A stretch of 62,017 bases of DNA, filler included, from 4 parts of 4 records of this genome joined end to end with filler, not necessarily neighbours in it, one strand, 5' to 3'. Positions 29,365 to 39,151 are shown, counted from the first letter of the whole stretch. Notes: generated from the sequence alone by a model not told the origin. Numbers and translations are program-made.

Positions 29365-29684
29365 CGTGTGTACTGCTCTTTCAAGTCGCCTAAAATAGTT
29401 CTGATTAACCCAATATGCGGTTGAGCAAGCGACTCTGCTCGTTCAGGCCTGCAGCCCCACTGAAAAAAGTGCCCATTAAACTCCTACCACATCAGTTTAG
29501 GAAAGTTCGAGAATACACATCACTTGATGGTCAAACCAGCGTATAACTCTTGTGCCGGATTGATTTTGCGGGGTATTCTCGAATTCGGTTGTGATGAAGA
29601 GACTAAGCTGTTCTTGTCATCTCATTTACAATACATTCCTCAATCGCGCCTTCCGCTGCAGCCATGTGATCCTGCAAAGACTAC

Positions 29685-30692
29685 CTAGCAAAAGCCCTCG
29701 AGTACGTTCTTACCGATTACACGACCACTCTCTTGCTGCAAATGGGCAGCCTTAAGCGTTTCTACACTAATTTTCCCAAGGTTATTGGTCACAGTGGAAA
29801 TCAGCGTACCATCGTCAATGAGCTCTGACACCCGATTCAGCAACTCATGCTGTTTTTCAATGTCGTCCGTTTGAAACATCGAGCGCGTAAACATGAATTC
29901 CCAGCTAATGGTCAGGGCTTTTTGTTTACCTAACTTGATGTCCAGAGACAGAGGGTCATCGATCAACGCGATATGACCGCGAGGTTTTATGAGCTCGATG
30001 ATGGCTGAATAATGCTGGTCTGTCGCTGTAAGCGAGGCAACATAGCGAGGCTCAAACCCCAGAGCCTTAACTTGATCGACAAGTGACTCTCTATGATTTA
30101 TCACATAATCGGCTCCCATTTTTTTGACCCACTCAGAGGTTTCTGGGCGAGACGCAGTGGTGATTACGGTCAGGCCTGTGAGTTTTTTCGCAAGTTGAAT
30201 CAGAATCGACCCAACGCCTCCTGCGCCACCGATAATCAACAGGCTCTCGCCTTTGCCTTCCCCCTCCTTGATCCCGAGGGCATCGAACAGGAGTTCCCAG
30301 GCAGTAATAGAGGTCAGCGGTAACCCAGCAGCTTCCGCGAAACCAAGGGATTCAGGTTTTTTCCCGACGATTCGTTCATCAACGGCATGCAACTCGGAAT
30401 TAGTTCCCGGCCGGGTGAGGTCACCGGCGTAAAAAACTTCATCACCCACTTTAAATTTACTGACATCGCTACCCATTTGCCGAACAACCCCTGCAGCATC
30501 ATAACCAATTACTTTGGTTCCCTCCTCTGGTGCCATATTGGTACGCACTTTCACATCCACAGGGTTCACCGCAATTCCCCGAACCTCTACCAAAAGGTCA
30601 TGTGGACCTATTTCCGGTGTTTCAGTTTCGAATTCGATCAATGCGTCAGGTGCGGTGATTGGCCCAGTCTGGTTGTATCCTATTGCTTTCAT
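29685..30692 (-). CDS. Zinc-binding alcohol dehydrogenase family / quinone oxidoreductase-like MDR
   Basis: [34 protein letters not shown] and WEFMFTRS. Confidence 0.92.
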   Translation of the reverse strand: MKAIGYNQTGPITAPDALIEFETETPEIGPHDLLVEVRGIAVNPVDVKVRTNMAPEEGTKVIGYDAAGVVRQMGSDVSKFKVGDEVFYAGDLTRPGTNSELHAVDERIVGKKPESLGFAEAAGLPLTSITAWELLFDALGIKEGEGKGESLLIIGGAGGVGSILIQLAKKLTGLTVITTASRPETSEWVKKMGADYVINHRESLVDQVKALGFEPRYVASLTATDQHYSAIIELIKPRGHIALIDDPLSLDIKLGKQKALTISWEFMFTRSMFQTDDIEKQHELLNRVSELIDDGTLISTVTNNLGKISVETLKAAHLQQESGRVIGKNVLEGFC

Positions 30693-30956
30693 TTTTTAGC
30701 TCTCTTTGTTTGTATTCTGCAGGCTCTTATCAAAGTGACTAAAAACTTTGAACCTGATGCTGCCTGCACTAATAGGGAATCTGGGGTAAACACGTATACG
30801 AGAAACTATAGTCACCAGTTGCAACAAGTAAAATTGGTTATCTAAATTAAAAATATTAACAATGGGGCCCATCAAAAAGACCACAGCCGCGAATCGGATG
30901 TAATTATTCAGATATGTGATATGTCAGGGATATACATTGAGAGGAGAAGGGCATGT

Positions 30957-31151
30957 TCAACGTCGGTTGACATTACAAGACTGGACATGGCCTATGATGC
31001 TACTGAGGTAACTAAAAAAATGTTTAGCCTCATTATCTGTTGGGTCTGCTGCCCGCCGTTCTTCATATTTCATAAACAGCTGAATCAGAACCTGTTCATA
31101 CTCCTCTTGCTCTAAATCGCCAAGTATTTCCCAAAGATCATTTTCGTTCAT
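30957..31151 (-). CDS. Small helical hypothetical protein (64 aa)
   Basis: Strong GGAGGTG Shine-Dalgarno before the ATG at 31151 (MNENDLW...CNVNRR). Confidence 0.7.
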   Translation of the reverse strand: MNENDLWEILGDLEQEEYEQVLIQLFMKYEERRAADPTDNEAKHFFSYLSSIIGHVQSCNVNRR

Positions 31152-31322
31152 ACTTCTCACCTCCTTCCCGAAATTTTCATACCTTTTTCCCCTTCCTGTA
31201 CTACCACAACCATACACTAGAATCTCTCATGAACATTGTGGTAAATTTTCAGATTACACACAATTCCTGCATGTTATATAATCTTTATTAAACGTCGGTT
31301 AAACAAACAGAACCACTTCTGC

Positions 31323-31392
31323 GAAACGCCTCACCAAACCTGCTTGTCAGGTGCTGTGGGGACTGAGGGCCCCCGCAACCCGGCTACCCGGC
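31323..31392 (+). mobile_element. Degenerate 3' end (domains V-VI) of a class C group II intron
   Basis: GAAACGCC...GCTTGTCAGGTGCTGTGGGGACTGAGGG...CCCGGCTACCCG has the IIC CGC triad, TGTGGGG junction and CTACCCG terminus. It is a GC-rich patch in AT-rich surroundings, with no RT ORF upstream. Confidence 0.6.
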
Positions 31393-32627
31393 AGGACAAG
31401 TTCATCACGTACTTCTTTAATAAGTTCTTGCCACTTGTTGAGCGAATCACATTCTGAGATAAAATGCTGAACAGCAGATTCTGCTTTTATAGTACATACA
31501 TCCAGCTCTCTTTTTTGAGCTTTAATCATTATTCCAGCAAGTTCTACTACATCATCACCACTAATCAAGGAAGCGTGCTGTCCAAGGTATGTTGCCATCA
31601 TTCCTGTTTTAGTAGCGATTACTGGAATTCCAGAAAGCATTCCCTCAAGAGCAGGCAAGCCGAAACTCTCAAAGTGGGTAGGGAAAATTAGAGCACATGA
31701 TTTACTAAAAAGACTTTTTAACTCTCTATCATCCACTGATTTTTTAAAAACAATTGCATATCCAGACGTCTGCATTGCTGAAATCCTTTTTAAGAATTTT
31801 TCAGCCACACCAATATAACCAGCATCTCCAGCAATAATAAGGGGAATTGAAGTTGTAGCCCTGTTACAGTATTCCATGTACGAGTCTAGGAGAAAATCTA
31901 AATTTTTTCGATTTTCCAACTTGGACAACGTCAAAAAATGACTTCCATCTTGTTTATGGAGCGAATGGTCATCAAAAGGCTTAGGTATGTTGTATATAAC
32001 GTTGGCGTTAATCCCAAATCGAAAATATCTCTCTACTTCTGACTTTATATAATCAGATACGACTACGCATTTTTTTGACTTCGAAACAATTGCTGCATAT
32101 TGCGCCCAGCAACTTAACCATATTCTATTTCCATCACGTCTTGCCTTGAGCCATTCATTATAACCATATTGGGTCAATAGTTTACCTGCTCTTTCTTCAT
32201 CCATCCATTGAGACAAGCTATCGAAGTGCTCTGTACCGCCTATTCCGAACCTTGCTTTCAAGTCTGATTCTGTTGGTAACCACTCTGGTTTTTTAATTGC
32301 CCATAAATCATGAATAATATTTATTGACGCTACCTTATGCAAAGGACTCCACGTTGTTTGGGGATTGATGTACAAATCAGGATTGATTGACGCTACCAAT
32401 TTTGGCAGTTCATAATACTCTTCACAAGAAAATGGCTTTATATCAGTCGTAACAACTGAGTTTTCATGAAAGACATAATCGGTGTTATTATGCCCCTCAG
32501 CTGTTAAGTTGATTATCTTCACATCCTGGTCATTGAAAACAAGATTTTCAGAGAGCCATTGCGACACGCGCCCAATTCCGCTATTAATCTTTCTCCTTGA
32601 GTCTATCAACACTCTAAACTTTGTCAT
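31347..32627 (-). CDS. Glycosyltransferase family 4 (GT-B), orphan
   Basis: SGIGRV, IIHDL, RKNL and FPTHFESFGLPALEGMLSGIPVI (EX7E). Confidence 0.88.
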   Translation of the reverse strand: MTKFRVLIDSRRKINSGIGRVSQWLSENLVFNDQDVKIINLTAEGHNNTDYVFHENSVVTTDIKPFSCEEYYELPKLVASINPDLYINPQTTWSPLHKVASINIIHDLWAIKKPEWLPTESDLKARFGIGGTEHFDSLSQWMDEERAGKLLTQYGYNEWLKARRDGNRIWLSCWAQYAAIVSKSKKCVVVSDYIKSEVERYFRFGINANVIYNIPKPFDDHSLHKQDGSHFLTLSKLENRKNLDFLLDSYMEYCNRATTSIPLIIAGDAGYIGVAEKFLKRISAMQTSGYAIVFKKSVDDRELKSLFSKSCALIFPTHFESFGLPALEGMLSGIPVIATKTGMMATYLGQHASLISGDDVVELAGIMIKAQKRELDVCTIKAESAVQHFISECDSLNKWQELIKEVRDELVLPGSRVAGALSPHST

Positions 32628-32728
32628 TTCTATCCCTTTTTACTTTTACGACATCACATGGACCAGCAATGTGAGAACCACGTGAAAAGGTTTGCTTGAG
32701 GAGAGGAAGGCTGCTGTCACATGAGCAA

Positions 32729-33577
32729 TCAGTTGCTGCTGTTTTTTTCGCTAATTTTGATGCTATCAGTTTCCAGTATGATAAGATTTTTTCTATAGAG
32801 GGCACCAATTGCTTTTTTAAAAACCTTTTTGCTTACTCCGAACAAATTAGAGATTTCTTCTGGTGAACTTTTGTCGGTAACGGCAACCATACCCCCGCAG
32901 TCCTTTATAGTGCTAAAAATGGTCTGCGAAATATCATCAACTCTCTGATAACCTGTTTGCTGCAGTCGTAAGTCAATTTTAAAGTCTTCACGGATTTTTT
33001 TTATGTAGCCCTGCAGTCGCTGACCTATGGCAAGTTTTTGAAAGACTTCATTCTCATAGATCAGGCCTACATGGGAACTGTTGACAACCGCACTGTATCC
33101 CATATCTGTTTTGGTATAGACAAGAAGATCGACCTTTTCTCCCTCTGCATATCGAGGAGGTTGCAGATTAAGGAATTTTTCCAGTTTTGATGAGGCTGTA
33201 ATGCGGTTAGATTTTTCACTCAGGAAAAGAAATACAACATATGATTTATCTACCCTCATATTGACCTGTTGCTCACTTTTGGGAACGAACAAATCGTCTT
33301 CAAGCCCCCAGCCTAAAAAGGCACCTGCACGTGAAGTTGCCACCACTGTCAATTTGGCAAACTGTCCAATTATCGCATAGGGTTTTTGCGTGGTTGCCAA
33401 CAAGCGCTGTTCCCTGTCTACATAAACGAAGACTTCAATTTCATCACCTGGTTGATAGTTTCGGGCAGCATATTTATTCTTAAGAAGAATGGTCCCCAAT
33501 TCACCTCCATCAAGATGAACACCATCGGGCCGCATTCCTTTTATCGACAGCCTGTTTATTTTACCTATCTGTACCAT
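32729..33577 (-). CDS. cvfB: CvfB/YitL family S1 RNA-binding protein
   Basis: IGKIN.L, VFVYVD, GAFLGWGLEDDLFVP..EQ and C-terminal wHTH SSPEEI...FGVSKKVFKKAIGALY. Start at MVQIG (33577). Confidence 0.9.
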   Translation of the reverse strand: MVQIGKINRLSIKGMRPDGVHLDGGELGTILLKNKYAARNYQPGDEIEVFVYVDREQRLLATTQKPYAIIGQFAKLTVVATSRAGAFLGWGLEDDLFVPKSEQQVNMRVDKSYVVFLFLSEKSNRITASSKLEKFLNLQPPRYAEGEKVDLLVYTKTDMGYSAVVNSSHVGLIYENEVFQKLAIGQRLQGYIKKIREDFKIDLRLQQTGYQRVDDISQTIFSTIKDCGGMVAVTDKSSPEEISNLFGVSKKVFKKAIGALYRKNLIILETDSIKISEKNSSN

Positions 33578-33816
33578 CTCTGTGAACCACCATAATAACG
33601 TTAAACTCAGATTCGTATCCAATCGAAAACGTCCACAATTGGTTATTCCCTATACTTAAAAAATGAACATGATTTCAAAAAATTTGCGCCGTTTTTCCGC
33701 AACAATGCTTTTGGTGTTTTTGAATTCCAATATCTGCAGCGCCTCGTAATAGAGGACGATGTTGGTTCACATTAAATGAAAATATGATGTTTGAATTGGA
33801 AAGGGGGCTAAAAACG

Positions 33817-33919
33817 AAAAAAGCCAACCACTAAAAAGTGATTGGCCTCAATACATTTAAATGGTTAGGCGGCAGGATTTGCTCCTTCGGCCTCCCCCTC
33901 TCAAAGTGAGAGTATTGCC
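33817..33919 (-). other. Degenerate tRNA-Pro 3' remnant plus downstream hairpin (att-like scar)
   Basis: The + strand TGGTTAGGCGGCAGGATTTGCTCCTTCGGCCTCCCCCTCTCAAAG resembles the reverse complement of tRNA-Pro(UGG) from CCA to the anticodon loop. Hairpin GCCAACCACT..AGTGATTGGC has a T-run on the - strand. Confidence 0.55.
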
Positions 33920-33975
33920 TAAGAGCAAATAACCCTTCCAAAAAAAGGGCTGAGCTTTATACGTAATCAAAAAAA

Positions 33976-34794
33976 TTATTCTGACGTAATCCTATCCATC
34001 TGTTCTTGATGCTGCTCTTTAAGTTCCATAGAAGTCATCCCGGTGAGCGGGTCGATAACATCTTGATTCTGCCTCTCATCTTCATATTGTGTGAGCTGTT
34101 CTTCATGAAGATTATTTAACTGCTGTCGTGTTAATGACATTCCAGCAACTATTTGATTTTGGTCACCAAGTTGTTTTTCATACTCCAGATTCTGTTCCTG
34201 ATGGAGACTTTGTACTTCCGCACGGGTTATGTCTAAACCAGGAATGATTGCATCGGGATCCTTAAGCTCCTGCCGATACAACTCAAGCTGGGCATTCTGC
34301 ATTGCAGCCAGCTCTTTGTTGGTCATATCAGCAAGAAAAGGAATTATTTTCACCTCGGCGTCACCACCTGGAGACATAACCTTGTATTCAGACACTCCAA
34401 ATACTTGGACAGTGATCCGCCTTTCAGGAATTTCCTCGACAAGAATTGCACGATTTTGCCTTTGAAACAATCGGTTAAGAATTTCCCTGGCAGTTAACTG
34501 AGAATAGCCACACCAAACAGGTAATTCGTCTCCCACGGCCTGGTATACGAGGGTCGTTTCAAAAAAATCCGCCACCTCTCCAAGAACCTCTGCCAAAGGC
34601 CTACCATTGCAGTCTAGATCCATTCTTTGACTAGACCAGTCAGGAGTTGAAGAGGCAGTTGTTGCAGAGGCCGTCTGTATGCTGGTGACAGACACCAATG
34701 AAAGTAATGTCACGAGTAATACGCACAGGCTCAGCAGCGAACGATAGTCAGCCGCCTTTTTTAGCCTCTCGTTAACCGAGGTTGAAGAGGTCAT
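33976..34794 (-). CDS. Exported protein: STN-like domain plus 3.6 tandem 32-aa helical repeats
   Basis: N-terminal hydrophobic segment, MDLDCNGRPLAEVLGEVA...TAREILNRLF (STN/secretin-N pattern), and repeats from aa 157. Confidence 0.65.
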   Translation of the reverse strand: MTSSTSVNERLKKAADYRSLLSLCVLLVTLLSLVSVTSIQTASATTASSTPDWSSQRMDLDCNGRPLAEVLGEVADFFETTLVYQAVGDELPVWCGYSQLTAREILNRLFQRQNRAILVEEIPERRITVQVFGVSEYKVMSPGGDAEVKIIPFLADMTNKELAAMQNAQLELYRQELKDPDAIIPGLDITRAEVQSLHQEQNLEYEKQLGDQNQIVAGMSLTRQQLNNLHEEQLTQYEDERQNQDVIDPLTGMTSMELKEQHQEQMDRITSE

Positions 34795-34798
34795 AGAA

Positions 34799-35143
34799 TC
34801 AGTCGTTCATATAAATAATTGTAATTATAGACCCAGATGTATTCCCAAGGGTACGTACGTAGATGGTTTTACCCAACGAATATGCTGTCAGCAAGGTCGC
34901 CAAACCCGAATCACCGAGATCCGTAGATAGGTAAAAAGCCTTTGTGCCCGACCAAACCGAATCCTTCGAGCAGTCAAGCTGAACGAAATACGGGCTTGCC
35001 GACGAACCGGCAGTAGGATTAGTTCCGACTCTTTCTATAGAGGCACTTGCACATGTGTAAGAGGCATAGCTAACGTTGCTCCAGCCAATAATTCCAACAG
35101 AAAACAGCATTGCCAAAACGAGAGCGAATCGTGACTTCTTCAT
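34799..35143 (-). CDS. Small secreted protein, predicted OB fold resembling AB5-toxin B subunits
   Basis: AGGAG SD, Sec signal ending SYA, two Cys and LATLLTAYSLGKTIYVR. Confidence 0.7.
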   Translation of the reverse strand: MKKSRFALVLAMLFSVGIIGWSNVSYASYTCASASIERVGTNPTAGSSASPYFVQLDCSKDSVWSGTKAFYLSTDLGDSGLATLLTAYSLGKTIYVRTLGNTSGSIITIIYMND

Positions 35144-35714
35144 TTAATTCTCCTTATTAATTGTGTTGTTCAAGAGTTATTTGGAAAGTAAAGCGTCAAT
35201 TTGACGTGGTCAAGAAAAATGAACACATTACTTAGATCAGTTTTTTCAAATCCATCAGTTTTTAAAATTCAGCCAAGCTTAGATACCCAAAATAAGAATG
35301 CACACGTTCCTACGGTAGGGTTGGGCAGCATATTAGACCAATAGATCATCCTAATAAAAAAATATTAATAATTATTTATAGTGAATAAATAATACGAAAA
35401 CAATGTTTCTTTCATTTTGCACTATTTTTGCTCGTTTTTTTCTCAAATCTCACCTGCTAGAGCAGACTCGAGGCAACAGTGTCTAGGATTGCCTGAGCCC
35501 AGAGCCATCTCTTCTACCGAAAACAACCAGAGATCATTTGCTGCACGTTCATCATCCGAATATCATTACCCATAAACCTCAAGACGTCTCTTTCAAACTC
35601 TGCTGCTCCAAAATTGCTCGCTCCCCCTGGAGTCATTTCCCAGATTCATCTGCGCTGAAAAAACAACCTTACCCTATTTTTTCTCGCTGATTAATTACGC
35701 TAACAGTTACCAAG

Positions 35715-36305
35715 TTATCTGATTGAGTCATCCAGTTTAGCCACAGGAAATTCTTTGGCAAAAGCAACAACTGTATCGGTGGATGTCCCTCTGGATTCAA
35801 AAGTTAATATACCGCTACTTTTTAAGGTAACAACAACTTGGATAGAATTGTTCTCATCAATAATAACAGCTGAACGTTTTTGGATTCTTATCTTCTGCCC
35901 CATACCACCCATTTGCATCCCCATTTTAGCTATCGCAGAAAAAGGGTTTGCAGCGCCGCTGGTACCACCACCGGCCAGCGAAACAGAGATTACATTTCCA
36001 CCTTTACTGTAGTCACAGTCAATTATAGACATACCCATCGCCTGCTCTTTCTTGATCTTTCCAGCAGTGTAACCATTAACTTCATCTGGGAAATAACTTG
36101 TCGTTTGTTCCTGCATCAGTTGTTCAAGCTGAGTAACACACCAGCGAGCTTCTTCTAGGGCACCAACTATATCGCCCTCTTTAGCTAGACTTGCCGCACT
36201 AGAACAAGTTGCTGCCGGGTTGTCCTCGGCGGTAGCGGGAATAACAGCAACAGAGATAGCAACACCCATGGTAAAGCAAAACATTTTAAATTTTCCAATA
36301 AACAT
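35715..36305 (-). CDS. Secreted hypothetical protein
   Basis: Signal peptide ending ATA, GAGG SD, helical N-domain with two Cys followed by a beta-rich domain. Confidence 0.75.
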   Translation of the reverse strand: MFIGKFKMFCFTMGVAISVAVIPATAEDNPAATCSSAASLAKEGDIVGALEEARWCVTQLEQLMQEQTTSYFPDEVNGYTAGKIKKEQAMGMSIIDCDYSKGGNVISVSLAGGGTSGAANPFSAIAKMGMQMGGMGQKIRIQKRSAVIIDENNSIQVVVTLKSSGILTFESRGTSTDTVVAFAKEFPVAKLDDSIR

Positions 36306-36780
36306 GATATTTAACCCTCACAGTATGCGAATTATTCTAAAAAGCTCCTAAATCCTCTAAAAGACATAGTTATCCACTATCACATCTTGATTTTTTTTTC
36401 TGTAAAATAAATCTACCCTGGCAAGATCACTCAAAAGAGCTCCTCCTACCGGCGCATGTAAGAAACACATCATACATGCTTCTTGGGAATTGATTTTGAG
36501 AGAAGCACCGTAAAAGGCGGGAAGACACTTCGATGGTCTATAAAATCTATGGCCGCTATATTCAAAGCCTGACGAAGCGAGACTGATCTACTTTAGTCTC
36601 TGATGGACGCTTTACATTGCAAAAGACAACCGCTGACTATTTTTTACACACTCACAGTATTTTAGCAGAGTAATAATTACCCACATTAATACCCCTCCCG
36701 TTGGCATTCTCCACACATAAATTCGGAAAAAACTTTTCAAATCAAACCACTACAACACAAAGACACGACCACATGAATAC

Positions 36781-36796
36781 TGGAATAGTTGTTGCT
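36781..36796 (+). promoter_or_regulatory. Candidate sigma-54 (-24/-12) promoter
   Basis: TGGAATAGTTGTTGCT has the GG-N10-GC spacing and lies about 50 nt upstream of the SHOCT gene. Confidence 0.5.
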
Positions 36797-36843
36797 TATC
36801 ACCTGGAAAGACATTTCAATTAAATAAAATATGAGGGTACATC

Positions 36844-37116
36844 ATGTGGGGACACCATTTTGCTGATTGGGGCAACAACTTCTGTACATTCGGACCGGGT
36901 TTTGGTCATGGCCCTTGGTTCATAGGATGGTTACTTCCTTTGCTTTTTTGGGGAGCAATTGTTTACATTCTTTTTAGCTTTCTAAAAATTATTTTTAACA
37001 AAAAAGGAAAAGTTAAGGAGGATAGCGCACTCGAAAAATTAAGGCTCAGGTTTGCAATGGGCGAACTAGACGAGCAAGAATATGAGGCTAGAAAGAATAC
37101 ACTCAATGCTCGTTGA
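36844..37116 (+). CDS. SHOCT-domain membrane protein
   Basis: Gly/His-rich N-terminus, one TM segment, and SALEKLRLRFAMGELDEQEYEARK. Confidence 0.85.
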   Translation: MWGHHFADWGNNFCTFGPGFGHGPWFIGWLLPLLFWGAIVYILFSFLKIIFNKKGKVKEDSALEKLRLRFAMGELDEQEYEARKNTLNAR

Positions 37117-37142
37117 TACAAACACTCCCCCAAGATGCCACC

Positions 37143-37218
37143 AAAAAAAAACGGGTTATACAGAAAGATGTATAACCCGTTAATATTAATGGTCGGGGCG
37201 GTAGGACTCGAACCTGCG
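37143..37218 (-). other. tRNA-Pro 3' fragment (T-arm, acceptor strand, CCA) plus terminator hairpin; att-like
   Basis: The - strand reads GCAGGTTCGAGTCCTACCGCCCCGACCA, then hairpin AACGGGTTATACA/TGTATAACCCGTT and a T-run. The 5' half (CGGGGCG, D-arm, anticodon) is absent. Confidence 0.75.
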
Positions 37219-37337
37219 CGCCACCCTGAACACTCTACTATTACGGCACTCTTGCTCTCTGCGTGACACCTTTGTGAGACACTTCTAATGCCTGAAATGG
37301 TTTTCATGACCTACAGTAGTTAAACGAACGGCTACCT

Positions 37338-37850
37338 TTAGGATCCCTCTACAACCACTTGCGTCTTTTCACCGTTGCTACTCAATGTTTTTAGCAAGTT
37401 CTCCAACTGCTTTACATGACCTTGCTCTTCAGAGATAATAATGTCTAAATGTTTTGAGGCCTCTTCGTCGTCAAGAAAACCTCGCAGGAACTCGTAGAAC
37501 ATCACCGTATCCTCTTCGAACTCAATACATTGGATTAAAACACTGCTGAGCTGCTTGGAACTACTTAGGGATTTTTGTTCAAGTGAGAAGGTACGACTCC
37601 TGACCATCTCCTCCAACAACCCCCTACCCATTGCCTCCATCTTTTCCTGCTCCACAGTTTTTTTGCACTTTTTAAATTCAAGCGCCTCAAACCAAAGCAG
37701 GTGACGTTTCTCTTCATCCGCCATCCAGTGAAGCAAATCAGCAATGTTCCCATTTGTTGTTTCTTTAGCCGCCGCCCGATATGTTTCTTCTCCGTTACGT
37801 TCAATCTGCACGGCAATGTTTCGTATATCTAAATCTGTAAACATATTCAC
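37338..37850 (-). CDS. Ferritin-like / rubrerythrin family protein
   Basis: AVQIE, DEEKRH, EFEED...FYE and SEEQGH diiron-type ExxH motifs. Confidence 0.85.
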   Translation of the reverse strand: MNMFTDLDIRNIAVQIERNGEETYRAAAKETTNGNIADLLHWMADEEKRHLLWFEALEFKKCKKTVEQEKMEAMGRGLLEEMVRSRTFSLEQKSLSSSKQLSSVLIQCIEFEEDTVMFYEFLRGFLDDEEASKHLDIIISEEQGHVKQLENLLKTLSSNGEKTQVVVEGS

Positions 37851-37875
37851 TGCTGTCCGGCTAAGGAAATAGATA

Positions 37876-37975
37876 NNNNNNNNNNNNNNNNNNNNNNNNN
37901 NNNNNNNNNNNNNNNNNNNTTAATTAATTAANNNNNNNNNNNNNNNNNNNNNNNNNNNNNNNNNNNNNNNNNNNN
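37876..37975. other. Artificial contig spacer
   Basis: N-run with TTAATTAATTAA. Confidence 0.99.
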
Positions 37976-37977
37976 TT

Positions 37978-39129
37978 TTCGAAGATCAAATGGAAGCTAT
38001 CGAAAAAGCAAGTGAAAGAATAGGTAACGAGGAAGTAAACCTGGCTTTATTAACAGATGGTTTACGTGCGGAAAGAGAGCAAGGGATTACTATTGATGTA
38101 GCCTATCGTTACTTTGCAACGCCTAAGCGTAAATTTATTATTGCGGATACTCCGGGACATATTCAGTATACCAGAAACATGGTAACTGGAGCAAGTACAG
38201 CCAATGTAGCTATTATTTTGGTTGATGCACGTCATGGTGTATTGGAACAAACAATGCGTCATTCCTATATAGCTTCATTATTACAAATACCACATGTTAT
38301 CTTTTGTGTAAACAAAATGGACTTAGTGGATTATAGTGAAGAAACCTTTGATAAAATAAAAAGTGATATTGATGGATTTGCATCGAAATTAAGTGTTCAG
38401 GATGTTCGCTTTGTACCTATTAGTGCATTAAATGGAGATAATGTAGTTGATAGATCTGAAAAGATGGATTGGTATCAAGGACCAACATTATTGCATCTAT
38501 TAGAGAATATTCACATTAGCAGCGATATCAACCATAGTGATTTTCGCTTCCCGGTACAATATGTTGTACGTCCTCAAACTGCAGAATTTCCTGATTACAG
38601 AGGATACGGAGGTAGAATTGCTAGTGGTGCAGTTAAAGTAGGAGATCCAATTACGGTATTGCCATCAGGATTTACTTCAAAAGTAAAAACAATTGATTTC
38701 TTCGAAGATACATTGGAAGAAGCATTTGCTCCTCAGTCAGTGACTATTACTTTGGAAGATGAGATAGATATCAGTAGGGGAGATATGTTGGTTAAATCCG
38801 ACGATGTTCCTAGCACTACACAGGATCTGGAATTAATGGTATGTTGGTTTAATGAGCGTAATTTAGTTCCTAGAGGTAAATATGTAATTCGTCATACATC
38901 GGCAGAAGCCAGATGTATGGTGACAGGAGTTCAGCACAAAATGAATATCAATACACTTGAGCAGAATACCGAAGATTTAACTGTTGGGATGAATGATATT
39001 GCTAAAGTTTCACTTAGAGTAACAAAGCCTTTGCATATTGATTCATATTCAAATAATAGAATAACCGGTAGTGTTATTTTAGTAGACGAAGGAACGAATG
39101 AAACTGTTGCAGCAGGTATGATTATTTAA
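37978..39129 (+). CDS. cysN: Sulfate adenylyltransferase subunit 1 (5'-truncated)
   Basis: DGLRAEREQGITIDVAYRYF, ADTPGH.QYTRNM, VNKMDL and ETVAAGMI. The frame is open to the contig edge and the P-loop is missing. Confidence 0.95.
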   Translation, partial: FEDQMEAIEKASERIGNEEVNLALLTDGLRAEREQGITIDVAYRYFATPKRKFIIADTPGHIQYTRNMVTGASTANVAIILVDARHGVLEQTMRHSYIASLLQIPHVIFCVNKMDLVDYSEETFDKIKSDIDGFASKLSVQDVRFVPISALNGDNVVDRSEKMDWYQGPTLLHLLENIHISSDINHSDFRFPVQYVVRPQTAEFPDYRGYGGRIASGAVKVGDPITVLPSGFTSKVKTIDFFEDTLEEAFAPQSVTITLEDEIDISRGDMLVKSDDVPSTTQDLELMVCWFNERNLVPRGKYVIRHTSAEARCMVTGVQHKMNINTLEQNTEDLTVGMNDIAKVSLRVTKPLHIDSYSNNRITGSVILVDEGTNETVAAGMII

Positions 39130-39151
39130 GCAAGATTAACAGCATAAAATA

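Noticed and set aside
29640-29684. attC-like start (...CACATGGCTGCAGCGGA on the - strand) after the Zn-ADH gene
   Set aside because: There is no RYYYAAC/GTTRRRY pair or complementary arm.
36498-36560. Resemblance to a c-di-GMP-I (GEMM) riboswitch (CCGTAAAAGGCGG...GGTCTA...TATGGCCGC)
   Set aside because: The conserved GGCAAA and GACGCAAA elements and a GNRA loop are missing. It would need an Infernal RF01051 hit.
37190-37270. Possible intact tRNA gene on the - strand
   Set aside because: Only the T-arm, 3' acceptor strand and CCA are present. There is no matching 5' acceptor strand, D-arm or anticodon arm, so it is reported as an att-like fragment.
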